Assembly: GCF_988242995.1 (NCBI RefSeq)
Contig: NZ_OZ547043.1
DNA: 64,000 nucleotides
Direction: 5' to 3' (one strand)
In this document: positions 34,275 to 45,417 of the stretch, piece by piece
Layout of the letters: each line of letters opens with the position of its first letter
Position numbering within the stretch: the stretch's first letter is position 1
Translations under genes and position numbers: made by a program
Notes under the pieces: model-generated
Database searches by the model: none
The model's input: only the letters and a program-made list of their open reading frames with translations
Told to the model about the DNA's origin: nothing

Positions 34275-36023
34275 ATGCATAACGACAAAGATCTCTCTAC
34301 GTGGCAGACGTTCCGCCGACTGTGGCCAACCATTGCGCCTTTTAAAGCGGGTCTGATCGTGGCGGGCGTAGCGTTAATCCTCAACGCAGCCAGCGATACC
34401 TTCATGTTATCGCTCCTTAAGCCACTTCTTGATGATGGCTTTGGTAAAACAGATCGCTCCGTGCTGGTGTGGATGCCGCTGGTGGTGATCGGGCTAATGA
34501 TTTTACGTGGTATCACCAGCTATGTCTCCAGCTACTGTATCTCCTGGGTATCAGGAAAGGTGGTAATGACCATGCGTCGCCGCCTGTTTGGTCACATGAT
34601 GGGAATGCCAGTTTCATTCTTTGACAAACAGTCAACGGGTACGCTGTTGTCACGTATCACCTACGATTCCGAACAGGTTGCTTCTTCTTCTTCCGGCGCA
34701 CTGATTACTGTTGTGCGTGAAGGTGCGTCGATCATCGGCCTGTTCATCATGATGTTCTATTACAGCTGGCAACTGTCGATCATTTTGATTGTGCTGGCAC
34801 CGATTGTTTCGATTGCGATTCGCGTTGTATCGAAGCGTTTTCGTAACATCAGTAAAAACATGCAGAACACCATGGGGCAGGTGACCACCAGCGCAGAACA
34901 AATGCTGAAGGGCCACAAAGAAGTATTGATTTTCGGTGGTCAGGAAGTGGAAACGAAACGCTTCGATAAAGTCAGTAACCGAATGCGTCTTCAGGGGATG
35001 AAAATGGTTTCAGCCTCTTCCATCTCTGATCCGATCATTCAGCTGATCGCCTCTTTGGCGCTGGCGTTTGTTCTGTATGCGGCGAGCTTCCCAAGTGTCA
35101 TGGATAGCCTGACTGCCGGTACGATTACCGTTGTTTTCTCTTCAATGATTGCACTGATGCGTCCGCTGAAATCGCTGACCAACGTTAACGCCCAGTTCCA
35201 GCGCGGTATGGCGGCTTGTCAGACGCTGTTTACCATTCTGGACAGTGAGCAGGAGAAAGACGAAGGTAAGCGCGTGATCGAGCGTGCGACTGGCGACGTG
35301 GAATTCCGCAATGTCACCTTTACTTATCCGGGACGTGACGTGCCCGCATTGCGTAACATCAACCTGAAAATTCCGGCAGGGAAGACGGTTGCTCTGGTTG
35401 GACGCTCTGGTTCAGGTAAATCAACCATCGCCAGCCTAATCACACGTTTTTACGATATTGATGAAGGCGAAATCCTGATGGATGGTCACGATCTGCGCGA
35501 GTATACCCTGGCGTCGTTACGTAACCAGGTTGCTCTGGTGTCGCAGAATGTCCATCTGTTTAACGATACGGTTGCCAACAACATTGCTTACGCACGGACT
35601 GAACAGTACAGCCGTGAGCAAATTGAAGAAGCGGCGCGTATGGCCTACGCCATGGACTTCATCAATAAGATGGATAACGGTCTCGATACAGTGATTGGTG
35701 AAAACGGCGTGCTGCTCTCTGGCGGTCAGCGTCAGCGTATTGCCATCGCTCGAGCCTTGTTGCGTGATAGCCCGATTCTGATTCTGGACGAAGCTACCTC
35801 GGCGCTGGATACCGAATCTGAACGTGCGATTCAGGCTGCACTGGATGAGTTGCAGAAAAACCGTACCTCTCTGGTGATTGCCCACCGCTTGTCTACCATT
35901 GAAAAGGCAGACGAAATCGTGGTCGTCGAGGATGGTGTCATTGTGGAACGCGGTACGCATAACGATTTGCTTGAGCACCGTGGCGTTTACGCGCAACTTC
36001 ACAAAATGCAGTTTGGCCAATGA
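34275..36023 (+). CDS. msbA: Lipid A flippase MsbA (ABC transporter)
   Basis: ORF 34275..36023, 582 aa, Walker [10 protein letters not shown] and signature LSGGQRQR. Confidence 0.96.
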   Translation: MHNDKDLSTWQTFRRLWPTIAPFKAGLIVAGVALILNAASDTFMLSLLKPLLDDGFGKTDRSVLVWMPLVVIGLMILRGITSYVSSYCISWVSGKVVMTMRRRLFGHMMGMPVSFFDKQSTGTLLSRITYDSEQVASSSSGALITVVREGASIIGLFIMMFYYSWQLSIILIVLAPIVSIAIRVVSKRFRNISKNMQNTMGQVTTSAEQMLKGHKEVLIFGGQEVETKRFDKVSNRMRLQGMKMVSASSISDPIIQLIASLALAFVLYAASFPSVMDSLTAGTITVVFSSMIALMRPLKSLTNVNAQFQRGMAACQTLFTILDSEQEKDEGKRVIERATGDVEFRNVTFTYPGRDVPALRNINLKIPAGKTVALVGRSGSGKSTIASLITRFYDIDEGEILMDGHDLREYTLASLRNQVALVSQNVHLFNDTVANNIAYARTEQYSREQIEEAARMAYAMDFINKMDNGLDTVIGENGVLLSGGQRQRIAIARALLRDSPILILDEATSALDTESERAIQAALDELQKNRTSLVIAHRLSTIEKADEIVVVEDGVIVERGTHNDLLEHRGVYAQLHKMQFGQ

Positions 36024-37006
36024 TCGAAAAAATCTGGTCTGGTGAATCCCCTTTGTGGCGGCTATTGCTGCCACTCTCCTGGTTGTATGGCCTGGTGAGT
36101 GGCGCGATCCGTCTTTGCTATAAACTAAAACTGAAGCGCGCCTGGCGTGCCCCCGTACCGGTTGTCGTGGTTGGTAATCTCACCGCAGGCGGCAACGGAA
36201 AAACCCCGGTCGTTGTCTGGCTGGTGGAACAGTTGCAACAGCGCGGTATTCGCGTGGGGGTCGTATCGCGGGGATATGGTGGTAAGGCTGAATCTTATCC
36301 GCTGTTATTGTCGGCAGATACCACCACAGCACAGGCGGGTGATGAACCTGTGTTGATTTATCAACGCACTGGCGCGCCCGTTGCGGTTTCTCCCGTGCGT
36401 TCTGATGCGGTAAAAGCCATTCTGGCGCAACGCCCTGATGTGCAGATCATCGTAACCGACGACGGTTTACAGCATTACCGTCTGGCGCGTGATGTGGAAA
36501 TTGTCGTTATTGATGGTGTGCGTCGCTTTGGCAATGGCTGGTGGTTGCCGGCGGGGCCAATGCGTGAGCGAGCGGGGCGCTTAAAGTCGGTTGATGCGGT
36601 AATCGTCAACGGCGGTGTCCCCCGCAGCGGTGAAATCCCCATGCATCTGCTGCCGGGTCAGGCGGTGAATTTACGTACCGGTACGCGTTGTGACGTTGCT
36701 CAGCTTGAACATGTAGTGGCGATGGCGGGGATTGGACATCCGCCGCGCTTTTTTGCCACGCTGAAGATGTGCGGCGTACAACCGGAAAAATGTGTACCGC
36801 TGGCCGATCATCAGTCTTTGAACCATGCGGATGTCAGCGCGTTGGTAAACGCCGGGCAAACGCTGGTAATGACTGAAAAAGATGCGGTGAAATGCCGGGC
36901 CTTTGCAGAAGAAAATTGGTGGTATTTGCCTGTAGACGCACAGCTTTCAGGTGATGAACCAGCGAAACTGCTTGCGCAACTAACCTCGCTGGCTTCTGGC
37001 AACTAG
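36020..37006 (+). CDS. lpxK: Tetraacyldisaccharide 4'-kinase LpxK
   Basis: ORF 36020..37006, 328 aa, overlaps the msbA stop (ATGA); [13 protein letters not shown]-loop. Confidence 0.95.
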   Translation: MIEKIWSGESPLWRLLLPLSWLYGLVSGAIRLCYKLKLKRAWRAPVPVVVVGNLTAGGNGKTPVVVWLVEQLQQRGIRVGVVSRGYGGKAESYPLLLSADTTTAQAGDEPVLIYQRTGAPVAVSPVRSDAVKAILAQRPDVQIIVTDDGLQHYRLARDVEIVVIDGVRRFGNGWWLPAGPMRERAGRLKSVDAVIVNGGVPRSGEIPMHLLPGQAVNLRTGTRCDVAQLEHVVAMAGIGHPPRFFATLKMCGVQPEKCVPLADHQSLNHADVSALVNAGQTLVMTEKDAVKCRAFAEENWWYLPVDAQLSGDEPAKLLAQLTSLASGN

Positions 37007-37042
37007 TTACGCCGCGGCAGCGTTCGATTGATGGAGTCATGA

Positions 37043-38275
37043 ATGTCGCTGCCGCACCTCTCTCTTGCTGATGCGCGTAATCTTCACCTCGCCGCGCAAG
37101 GCCTGTTAAACAAACCCCGCCGTCGAGCATCGTTGGAGGATATTCCGGCAACGATCTCCCGCATGTCCTTGCTGCAAATCGATACCATTAATATTGTTGC
37201 CCGTAGTCCATATCTGGTGCTTTTCAGTCGTCTGGGAAATTATCCTGCCCAGTGGCTGGATGAGTCTCTGGCGCGTGGCGAATTAATGGAATACTGGGCG
37301 CATGAAGCCTGCTTTATGCCGCGTAGCGACTTTCGTCTTATTCGCCACCGCATGCTGGCACCTGAAAAAATGGGCTGGAAATACAAAGACGCCTGGATGC
37401 AGGAACATGAGGCGGAAATTGCACAGTTAATTCAGCATATTCATGATAAGGGGCCGGTACGTTCAGCCGATTTTGAGCATCCTCGTAAAGGTGCAAGCGG
37501 CTGGTGGGAGTGGAAGCCGCATAAACGGCATCTGGAAGGTTTATTTACAGCCGGGAAAGTGATGGTGATTGAACGGCGCAACTTCCAGCGCGTTTATGAT
37601 TTAACCTACCGTGTCATGCCTGACTGGGATGATGAGCGCGATCTCGTTTCGCAAACAGAAGCAGAAATCATCATGCTGGATAACAGTGCGCGTAGCCTGG
37701 GAATATTCCGCGAACAGTGGCTGGCAGATTACTATCGGCTGAAACGTCCGGCACTGGCAGCGTGGCGCGAAGCGAGGGCTGAACAGCGGCAAATCATTGC
37801 TGTGCATGTTGAAAAATTGGGCAATCTTTGGCTGCATGCTGATTTGCTGCCGCTACTCGAGCGTGCGCTGGCCGGAAAGCTCACTGCAACGCACAGCGCG
37901 GTACTTTCGCCTTTTGATCCTGTTGTCTGGGATCGCAAACGCGCAGAGCAGCTTTTTGATTTTAGCTACCGGCTGGAGTGCTATACCCCAGCGCCGAAAC
38001 GCCAGTATGGCTATTTTGTTCTGCCGTTATTACATCGTGGGCAATTAGTTGGGCGAATGGATGCCAAAATGCATCGCCAGACAGGCATCCTTGAAGTTAT
38101 CTCTCTGTGGTTACAGGAAGGCATTAAACCAACGACAATGCTGCAAAAAGGGTTACGTCAGGCGATTACTGATTTCGCGAGCTGGCAGCAGGCAACGCGG
38201 GTGACATTAGGACGCTGCCCGCAAGGTCTCTTTACTGATTGCCGCACTGGCTGGGAAATAGACCCCGTCGCATAA
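37043..38275 (+). CDS. ycaQ: YcaQ (winged-helix DNA-binding protein, AlkZ-like DNA glycosylase family)
   Basis: ORF 37043..38275, 410 aa, matches YcaQ. Confidence 0.85.
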   Translation: MSLPHLSLADARNLHLAAQGLLNKPRRRASLEDIPATISRMSLLQIDTINIVARSPYLVLFSRLGNYPAQWLDESLARGELMEYWAHEACFMPRSDFRLIRHRMLAPEKMGWKYKDAWMQEHEAEIAQLIQHIHDKGPVRSADFEHPRKGASGWWEWKPHKRHLEGLFTAGKVMVIERRNFQRVYDLTYRVMPDWDDERDLVSQTEAEIIMLDNSARSLGIFREQWLADYYRLKRPALAAWREARAEQRQIIAVHVEKLGNLWLHADLLPLLERALAGKLTATHSAVLSPFDPVVWDRKRAEQLFDFSYRLECYTPAPKRQYGYFVLPLLHRGQLVGRMDAKMHRQTGILEVISLWLQEGIKPTTMLQKGLRQAITDFASWQQATRVTLGRCPQGLFTDCRTGWEIDPVA

Positions 38276-38326
38276 ATGATTATGATAAGATTTATGCATT
38301 CATAACCCGATCCATCTGGAGGAACT

Positions 38327-39252
<926 letters not shown>

Positions 39253-39405
39253 TTTCACTTCACGACACTCCAGCCAATTTTGGGAGGAGTGTCGTACCGT
39301 TACGATTTTCCTCAATTTTTCTTTTCAACAATTGATCTCATTCAGGTGACATCTTTTATATTGGCGCTCATTATGAAAGCAGTAGCTTTTATGAGGGTAA
39401 TCTGA

Positions 39406-40299
39406 ATGGAACAGCTGCGTGCCGAATTAAGCCATTTACTGGGCGAAAAACTCAGTCGTATTGAGTGCGTCAATGAAAAAGCGGATACGGCGTTGTGGGC
39501 TTTGTATGACAGCCAGGGAAACCCAATGCCGTTAATGGCAAGAAGCTTTAGTACGCCCGGAAAAGCCCGACAACTGGCATGGAAAACCACCATGCTGGCA
39601 AGAAGTGGAACTGTCCGTATGCCGACTATTTATGGTGTGATGACGCATGAAGAACACCCCGGCCCCGATGTCCTGCTACTGGAGCGGATGCGTGGTGTTT
39701 CGGTGGAGGCACCAGCCCGAACACCAGAACGCTGGGAACAGCTCAAAGATCAAATCGTTGAAGCCTTACTGGCCTGGCACCGTCAGGACAGTCGCGGTTG
39801 CGTCGGCGCGGTCGACAATACTCAGGAAAATTTCTGGCCCTCATGGTACCGGCAACATGTTGAAGTGCTATGGACCACGCTCAATCAGTTCAATAACACC
39901 GGTCTAACGATGCAGGATAAGCGGATCCTGTTTCGTACTCGCGAATGTCTCCCGGCATTATTTGAAGGCTTTAACGACAATTGTGTGCTGATTCACGGTA
40001 ACTTCTGTTTACGCAGCATGCTGAAAGATTCGCGCAGCGATCAGTTACTGGCGATGGTCGGGCCGGGACTAATGCTTTGGGCACCGCGAGAATACGAACT
40101 GTTCCGACTAATGGATAATTCTCTGGCGGAAGATTTGCTCTGGAGTTACCTGCAACGCGCGCCAGTGGCGGAGTCGTTCATCTGGCGGCGTTGGTTGTAT
40201 GTGTTATGGGATGAAGTTGCGCAACTGGTTAATACCGGACGATTTAGTCGGCGCAACTTCGATCTGGCATCAAAATCACTCTTGCCGTGGCTCGCCTGA
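39406..40299 (+). CDS. ycbJ: YcbJ (putative phosphotransferase/kinase-like protein)
   Basis: ORF 39406..40299, 297 aa, matches YcbJ. Confidence 0.8.
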   Translation: MEQLRAELSHLLGEKLSRIECVNEKADTALWALYDSQGNPMPLMARSFSTPGKARQLAWKTTMLARSGTVRMPTIYGVMTHEEHPGPDVLLLERMRGVSVEAPARTPERWEQLKDQIVEALLAWHRQDSRGCVGAVDNTQENFWPSWYRQHVEVLWTTLNQFNNTGLTMQDKRILFRTRECLPALFEGFNDNCVLIHGNFCLRSMLKDSRSDQLLAMVGPGLMLWAPREYELFRLMDNSLAEDLLWSYLQRAPVAESFIWRRWLYVLWDEVAQLVNTGRFSRRNFDLASKSLLPWLA

Positions 40300-41055
40300 C
40301 GAACTTTTTAGCCACTGCCAGATGCGGCCAAGCGTTTCATAGCCAACACGATCGCTATGCATCAACCAGACTGGAGAAGGGATTGCCCGTTCCCACGGGT
40401 TAAGCGGCGAGTCGATGGCCAACTGATTCGCCGGGGCTGGCAGCGGATTTAACCCTTCCTGCTGAAAAAAGATCATCGCCCGCGGCAAATGAGACGCGGA
40501 TGTCACCAGCAGGAAAGGGGCGTCACCAATTGCCTGTTTCACTGCCGCAGCTTCTTCTTCGGTATCTTTTGGCAAATCCAGAGTGATAATTTGCTCGCGC
40601 GGCACGCCCAGCGATTGCGCAACTCGGGCACCTACTTCGGCTGTACTCACCGTATTGGTTTTTGCTACGCCTCCCGTGAAGATCAGTTTTGATCCCGGAT
40701 TTTCGCGCCATAAGCGAATACCTTCATTCAGGCGGGGCAGACTGTTATTGATTAAATTCGAGCTTGGTGCCCACTGCGGGTTCCAGGTATAACCACCTCC
40801 GAGCACCACGATATAGTCCACTTTTTGCGAATTATTCCATGTCGGATAGGTGCTTTCGATGGGACGCAGCAGGCGGTCGGCTACCGGTTGCAAACTCAAT
40901 AACAAGAGCGCCAGCCACCCAATGCTAATAAAAATCTTCCCGGTTTTTTGAAAACGGCTAAACCACAGCAGCGCCAGGCCAGCGCCAATAATCAACAACA
41001 TTAGCGGAAGTGGCAGCAACATATTGCCAATCACTTTTTTCAGTGTAAAAAGCAT
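40276..41055 (-). CDS. elyC: Envelope biogenesis factor ElyC (YcbC, DUF218)
   Basis: ORF 40276..41055 (-), 259 aa, MLFTLKKVIGNMLLPLPLMLLIIGAGLALLWFSRF; 3' end overlaps ycbJ by 24 bp. Confidence 0.88.
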   Translation of the reverse strand: MLFTLKKVIGNMLLPLPLMLLIIGAGLALLWFSRFQKTGKIFISIGWLALLLLSLQPVADRLLRPIESTYPTWNNSQKVDYIVVLGGGYTWNPQWAPSSNLINNSLPRLNEGIRLWRENPGSKLIFTGGVAKTNTVSTAEVGARVAQSLGVPREQIITLDLPKDTEEEAAAVKQAIGDAPFLLVTSASHLPRAMIFFQQEGLNPLPAPANQLAIDSPLNPWERAIPSPVWLMHSDRVGYETLGRIWQWLKSSSGEPRQE

Positions 41056-41065
41056 CCTTTCTGGT
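41055..41065. repeat. Left copy of the 11-bp IS4 target-site duplication (tcctttctggt)
   Basis: Identical 11-mer directly flanks both IS4 ends (second copy at 42492..42502). Confidence 0.85.
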
Positions 41066-42491
41066 TAATGCCGATCAGTTAAGGATCAGTTGACCGATCC
41101 AGTGGCTGTGTAAGAATCCGGAAACGCTCACTTGTTTCCGGATTTTTTTATGCACATTGGACAGGCTCTTGATCTGGTATCCCGTTACGATTCTCTGCGT
41201 AACCCACTGACTTCTCTGGGGGATTACCTCGACCCCGAACTCATCTCTCGTTGCCTTGCCGAATCAGGTACTGTAACGCTACGCAAGCGCCGTCTTCCCC
41301 TCGAAATGATGGTCTGGTGTATTGTTGGCATGGCGCTTGAGCGTAAAGAACCTCTTCACCAGATTGTGAATCGCCTGGACATCATGCTGCCGGGCAATCG
41401 CCCCTTCGTTGCCCCCAGTGCCGTTATTCAGGCCCGCCAGCGCCTGGGAAGTGAGGCTGTCCGCCGCGTGTTCACGAAAACAGCGCAGCTCTGGCATAAC
41501 GCCACGCCGCATCCGCACTGGTGCGGCCTGACCCTGCTGGCCATCGATGGTGTGTTCTGGCGCACACCGGATACACCAGAGAACGATGCAGCCTTCCCCC
41601 GCCAGACACATGCCGGGAACCCGGCGCTCTACCCGCAGGTCAAAATGGTCTGCCAGATGGAACTGACCAGCCATCTGCTGACGGCTGCAGCCTTCGGCAC
41701 GATGAAGAACAGCGAAAATGAGCTTGCTGAGCAACTTATAGAACAAACCGGCGATAACACTCTGACGTTAATGGATAAAGGTTATTACTCACTGGGACTG
41801 TTAAATGCCTGGAGCCTGGCGGGAGAACACCGCCACTGGATGATACCTCTCAGAAAGGGAGCGCAATATGAAGAGATCAGAAAACTGGGTAAAGGCGATC
41901 ATCTGGTGAAGCTGAAAACCAGCCCGCAGGCACGAAAAAAGTGGCCGGGACTGGGAAATGAAGTGACTGCCCGCCTGCTGACCGTGACGCGCAAAGGAAA
42001 AGTCTGCCATCTGCTGACGTCGATGACGGACGCCATGCGCTTCCCCGGAGGAGAAATGGGGGATCTGTACAGTCATCGCTGGGAAATCGAACTGGGATAC
42101 AGGGAGATAAAACAGACGATGCAACGGAGCAGGCTGACGCTGAGAAGTAAAAAGCCGGAGCTTGTGGAGCAAGAGCTGTGGGGTGTCTTACTGGCTTATA
42201 ATCTGGTGAGATATCAGATGATTAAAATGGCGGAACATCTGAAAGGTTACTGGCCGAATCAACTGAGTTTCTCAGAATCATGCGGAATGGTGATGAGAAT
42301 GCTGATGACATTGCAGGGCGCTTCACCGGGACGTATACCGGAGCTGATGCGCGATCTTGCAAGTATGGGACAACTTGTGAAATTACCGACAAGAAGGGAA
42401 AGGGCCTTCCCGAGAGTGGTAAAGGAGAGGCCCTGGAAATACCCCACAGCCCCGAAAAAGAGCCAGTCAGTTGCTTAACTGACTGGCATTA
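41066..42491 (+). mobile_element. IS4 insertion sequence (1426 bp) with 18-bp imperfect terminal inverted repeats
   Basis: IR-L taatgccgatcagttaag (41066..41083) and IR-R cttaactgactggcatta (42474..42491; reverse complement taatgccagtcagttaag, 16/18 match); encodes an IS4-type DDE transposase; flanked by an 11-bp direct repeat. Confidence 0.9.
41150..42478 (+). CDS. insG: IS4 transposase (InsG-like, DDE family)
   Basis: [24 protein letters not shown]...DKGYYS...[15 protein letters not shown] in ORF 41132..42478; start could be 41132 or 41150. Confidence 0.88.
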   Translation: MHIGQALDLVSRYDSLRNPLTSLGDYLDPELISRCLAESGTVTLRKRRLPLEMMVWCIVGMALERKEPLHQIVNRLDIMLPGNRPFVAPSAVIQARQRLGSEAVRRVFTKTAQLWHNATPHPHWCGLTLLAIDGVFWRTPDTPENDAAFPRQTHAGNPALYPQVKMVCQMELTSHLLTAAAFGTMKNSENELAEQLIEQTGDNTLTLMDKGYYSLGLLNAWSLAGEHRHWMIPLRKGAQYEEIRKLGKGDHLVKLKTSPQARKKWPGLGNEVTARLLTVTRKGKVCHLLTSMTDAMRFPGGEMGDLYSHRWEIELGYREIKQTMQRSRLTLRSKKPELVEQELWGVLLAYNLVRYQMIKMAEHLKGYWPNQLSFSESCGMVMRMLMTLQGASPGRIPELMRDLASMGQLVKLPTRRERAFPRVVKERPWKYPTAPKKSQSVA

Positions 42492-42502
42492 TCCTTTCTG
42501 GT
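42492..42502. repeat. Right copy of the 11-bp IS4 target-site duplication (tcctttctggt)
   Basis: Identical to 41055..41065. Confidence 0.85.
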
Positions 42503-42627
42503 TCCTTTTTTAACCATATAGCAAGGGATCGCCAGCGATATTACACCAGACGGGTTCATTCTCGCCGTGGCTGTGACAAAATAGCGTCTTTATCAGAAAA
42601 CGTCTTAGCCAACCGGTGGAGAAAGCA

Positions 42628-43413
42628 ATGCAGGATCGCAATTTTGATGATATTGCGGAAAAGTTTTCCCGTAACATTTACGGCACCACCAAAGGGCAGC
42701 TTCGACAGGCTATTCTGTGGCAGGATCTCGATCGCGTGCTGGCGGAAATGGGCCCGCAAAAACTGCGTGTGCTGGATGCTGGCGGTGGAGAAGGGCAGAC
42801 CGCAATCAAAATGGCTGAGCGCGGGCATCAGGTCATTTTATGCGATCTTTCTGCGCAGATGATCGACCGCGCAAAACAGGCGGCAGAAGCAAAAGGTGTG
42901 AGCGACAACATGCAATTTATACATTGCGCCGCTCAGGATGTTGCTTCGCATTTGGAAACGCCCGTTGATCTGATATTGTTCCATGCGGTGCTCGAGTGGG
43001 TGGCCGATCCCCGCAGCGTATTACAGACCCTGTGGTCAGTGTTGCGTCCAGGCGGTGTGTTGTCGTTAATGTTCTACAATGCGCACGGCTTGCTGATGCA
43101 TAACATGGTCGCCGGGAATTTTGATTACGTGCAGGCGGGAATGCCGAAAAAGAAAAAACGGACGCTTTCGCCAGATTATCCACGCGACCCGGCGCAGGTT
43201 TATCTGTGGCTGGAAGAAGCTGGTTGGCAAATTATGGGTAAGACAGGCGTTCGCGTGTTTCATGATTATCTGCGCGAGAAGCACCAGCAGCGCGACTGCT
43301 ATGAAGCATTACTTGAATTAGAAACGCGTTATTGCCGTCAGGAACCGTATATTACCCTGGGGCGTTATATTCATGTCACCGCGCGCAAACCGCAGAGCAA
43401 GGATAAAGTATGA
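42628..43413 (+). CDS. cmoM: SAM-dependent methyltransferase CmoM (SmtA)
   Basis: [38 protein letters not shown] with [11 protein letters not shown] motif; start at the internal Met of ORF 42616..43413; stop overlaps the mukF start. Confidence 0.9.
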
Positions 43414-44732
43414 GTGAATTTTCCCAGACAGTCCCCGAACTGGTTGCCTGGGCCAGAAAAAATGACTTCTCCATCTCGCTGCCGGTAGACCGACTCTCTT
43501 TTCTGCTGGCGGTTGCCACGCTGAACGGCGAGCGTCTGGATGGTGAGATGAGTGAAGGCGAGCTGGTGGATGCATTCCGCCATGTGAGTGATGCGTTTGA
43601 GCAAACCAGCGAAACCATCGGCGTGCGCGCCAACAACGCGATCAACGACATGGTGCGTCAACGTCTGCTGAACCGCTTTACCAGCGAGCAGACGGAAGGG
43701 AACGCAATTTACCGTCTGACGCCGCTCGGCATTGGCATCACTGACTATTACATTCGTCAGCGCGAGTTTTCTACGCTGCGCCTTTCTATGCAATTGTCGA
43801 TTGTGGCGGGTGAGCTCAAACGCGCAGCAGATGCCGCCGAAGAGGGCGGTGATGAATTTCACTGGCACCGTAATGTTTATGCGCCACTGAAATATTCGGT
43901 AGCAGAAATTTTCGACAGTATCGACCTGACGCAACGTCTGATGGATGAACAGCAGCAGCAGGTGAAGGATGATATCGCCCAGTTGTTGAACAAAGACTGG
44001 CGGGCGGCGATTTCCAGCTGTGAATTGTTGCTTTCAGAAACTTCCGGCACGCTGCGTGAATTGCAGGATACGCTGGAAGCGGCAGGCGATAAATTGCAGG
44101 CCAACCTGTTACGCATTCAGGATGCGACGATGACCCATGACGATCTGCATTTTGTCGATCGTCTGGTATTCGATCTGCAGAGCAAACTTGACCGTATTAT
44201 CAGCTGGGGCCAGCAATCCATCGATTTGTGGATTGGCTACGACCGCCACGTACACAAATTTATTCGTACTGCGATCGATATGGATAAAAACCGCGTCTTT
44301 GCTCAGCGGTTACGTCAGTCGGTACAAACCTATTTTGATGAGCCGTGGGCGCTAACTTATGCCAATGCCGATCGTCTGTTGGATATGCGTGACGAAGAGA
44401 TGGCTCTGCGCGATGAAGAAGTGACAGGAGAACTTCCTGAGGATCTGGAGTACGAAGAGTTTAACGAGATCCGCGAACAGTTGGCGGCGATCATCGAAGA
44501 ACAACTCGCCGTGTACAAAACCAGACAAGTGCCGCTGGATCTTGGTCTGGTGGTACGCGAATATCTGTCACAGTATCCGCGTGCACGTCACTTTGACGTT
44601 GCGCGCATTGTTATTGATCAGGCGGTACGTCTTGGCGTAGCGCAAGCAGATTTCACCGGACTGCCAGCGAAATGGCAGCCGATTAATGATTACGGAGCCA
44701 AGGTACAGGCGCATGTCATCGACAAATATTGA
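43410..44732 (+). CDS. mukF: Condensin kleisin subunit MukF
   Basis: ORF 43410..44732, 440 aa, [45 protein letters not shown]. Confidence 0.96.
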
Positions 44733-45417
44733 ACAAGTGATGCCGGTTAAGCTGGCGCAGGCGCTGGCGAATCCGTTATTTCCGGCGCTGGATAGCGCCT
44801 TACGTTCAGGCCGCCATATTGGCCTCGACGAACTGGATAATCATGCATTCCTGATGGATTTTCAGGAATATCTGGAAGAGTTTTACGCGCGTTATAACGT
44901 TGAGCTTATTCGTGCACCGGAAGGGTTCTTCTATTTACGCCCACGTTCCACCACGCTGATCCCTCGTTCCGTCTTGTCGGAACTGGATATGATGGTCGGG
45001 AAAATCCTCTGTTATCTCTATCTCAGCCCGGAACGGCTGGCGAACGAGGGGATTTTCACCCAGCAGGAACTGTACGACGAACTGCTCACCCTGGCCGATG
45101 AAGCGAAACTGCTGAAACTGGTGAACAACCGTTCAACCGGTTCAGACGTTGACCGCCAGAAGTTGCAGGAAAAAGTACGTTCTTCGCTCAACCGTCTGCG
45201 TCGTTTGGGTATGGTGTGGTTTATGGGCCACGACAGCAGCAAGTTCCGCATTACCGAATCGGTGTTCCGCTTCGGAGCCGATGTGCGTGCTGGCGACGAT
45301 CCCCGTGAAGCACAGCGTCGCCTGATTCGTGATGGCGAAGCAATGCCGATTGAAAATCATCTGCAACTCAACGATGAAACCGAAGAGAGTCAGCCAGATA
45401 GCGGAGAGGAAGAATAA
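44713..45417 (+). CDS. mukE: Condensin subunit MukE
   Basis: [50 protein letters not shown] in ORF 44686..45417; start ambiguous (44686, 44713 or 44740). Confidence 0.9.
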
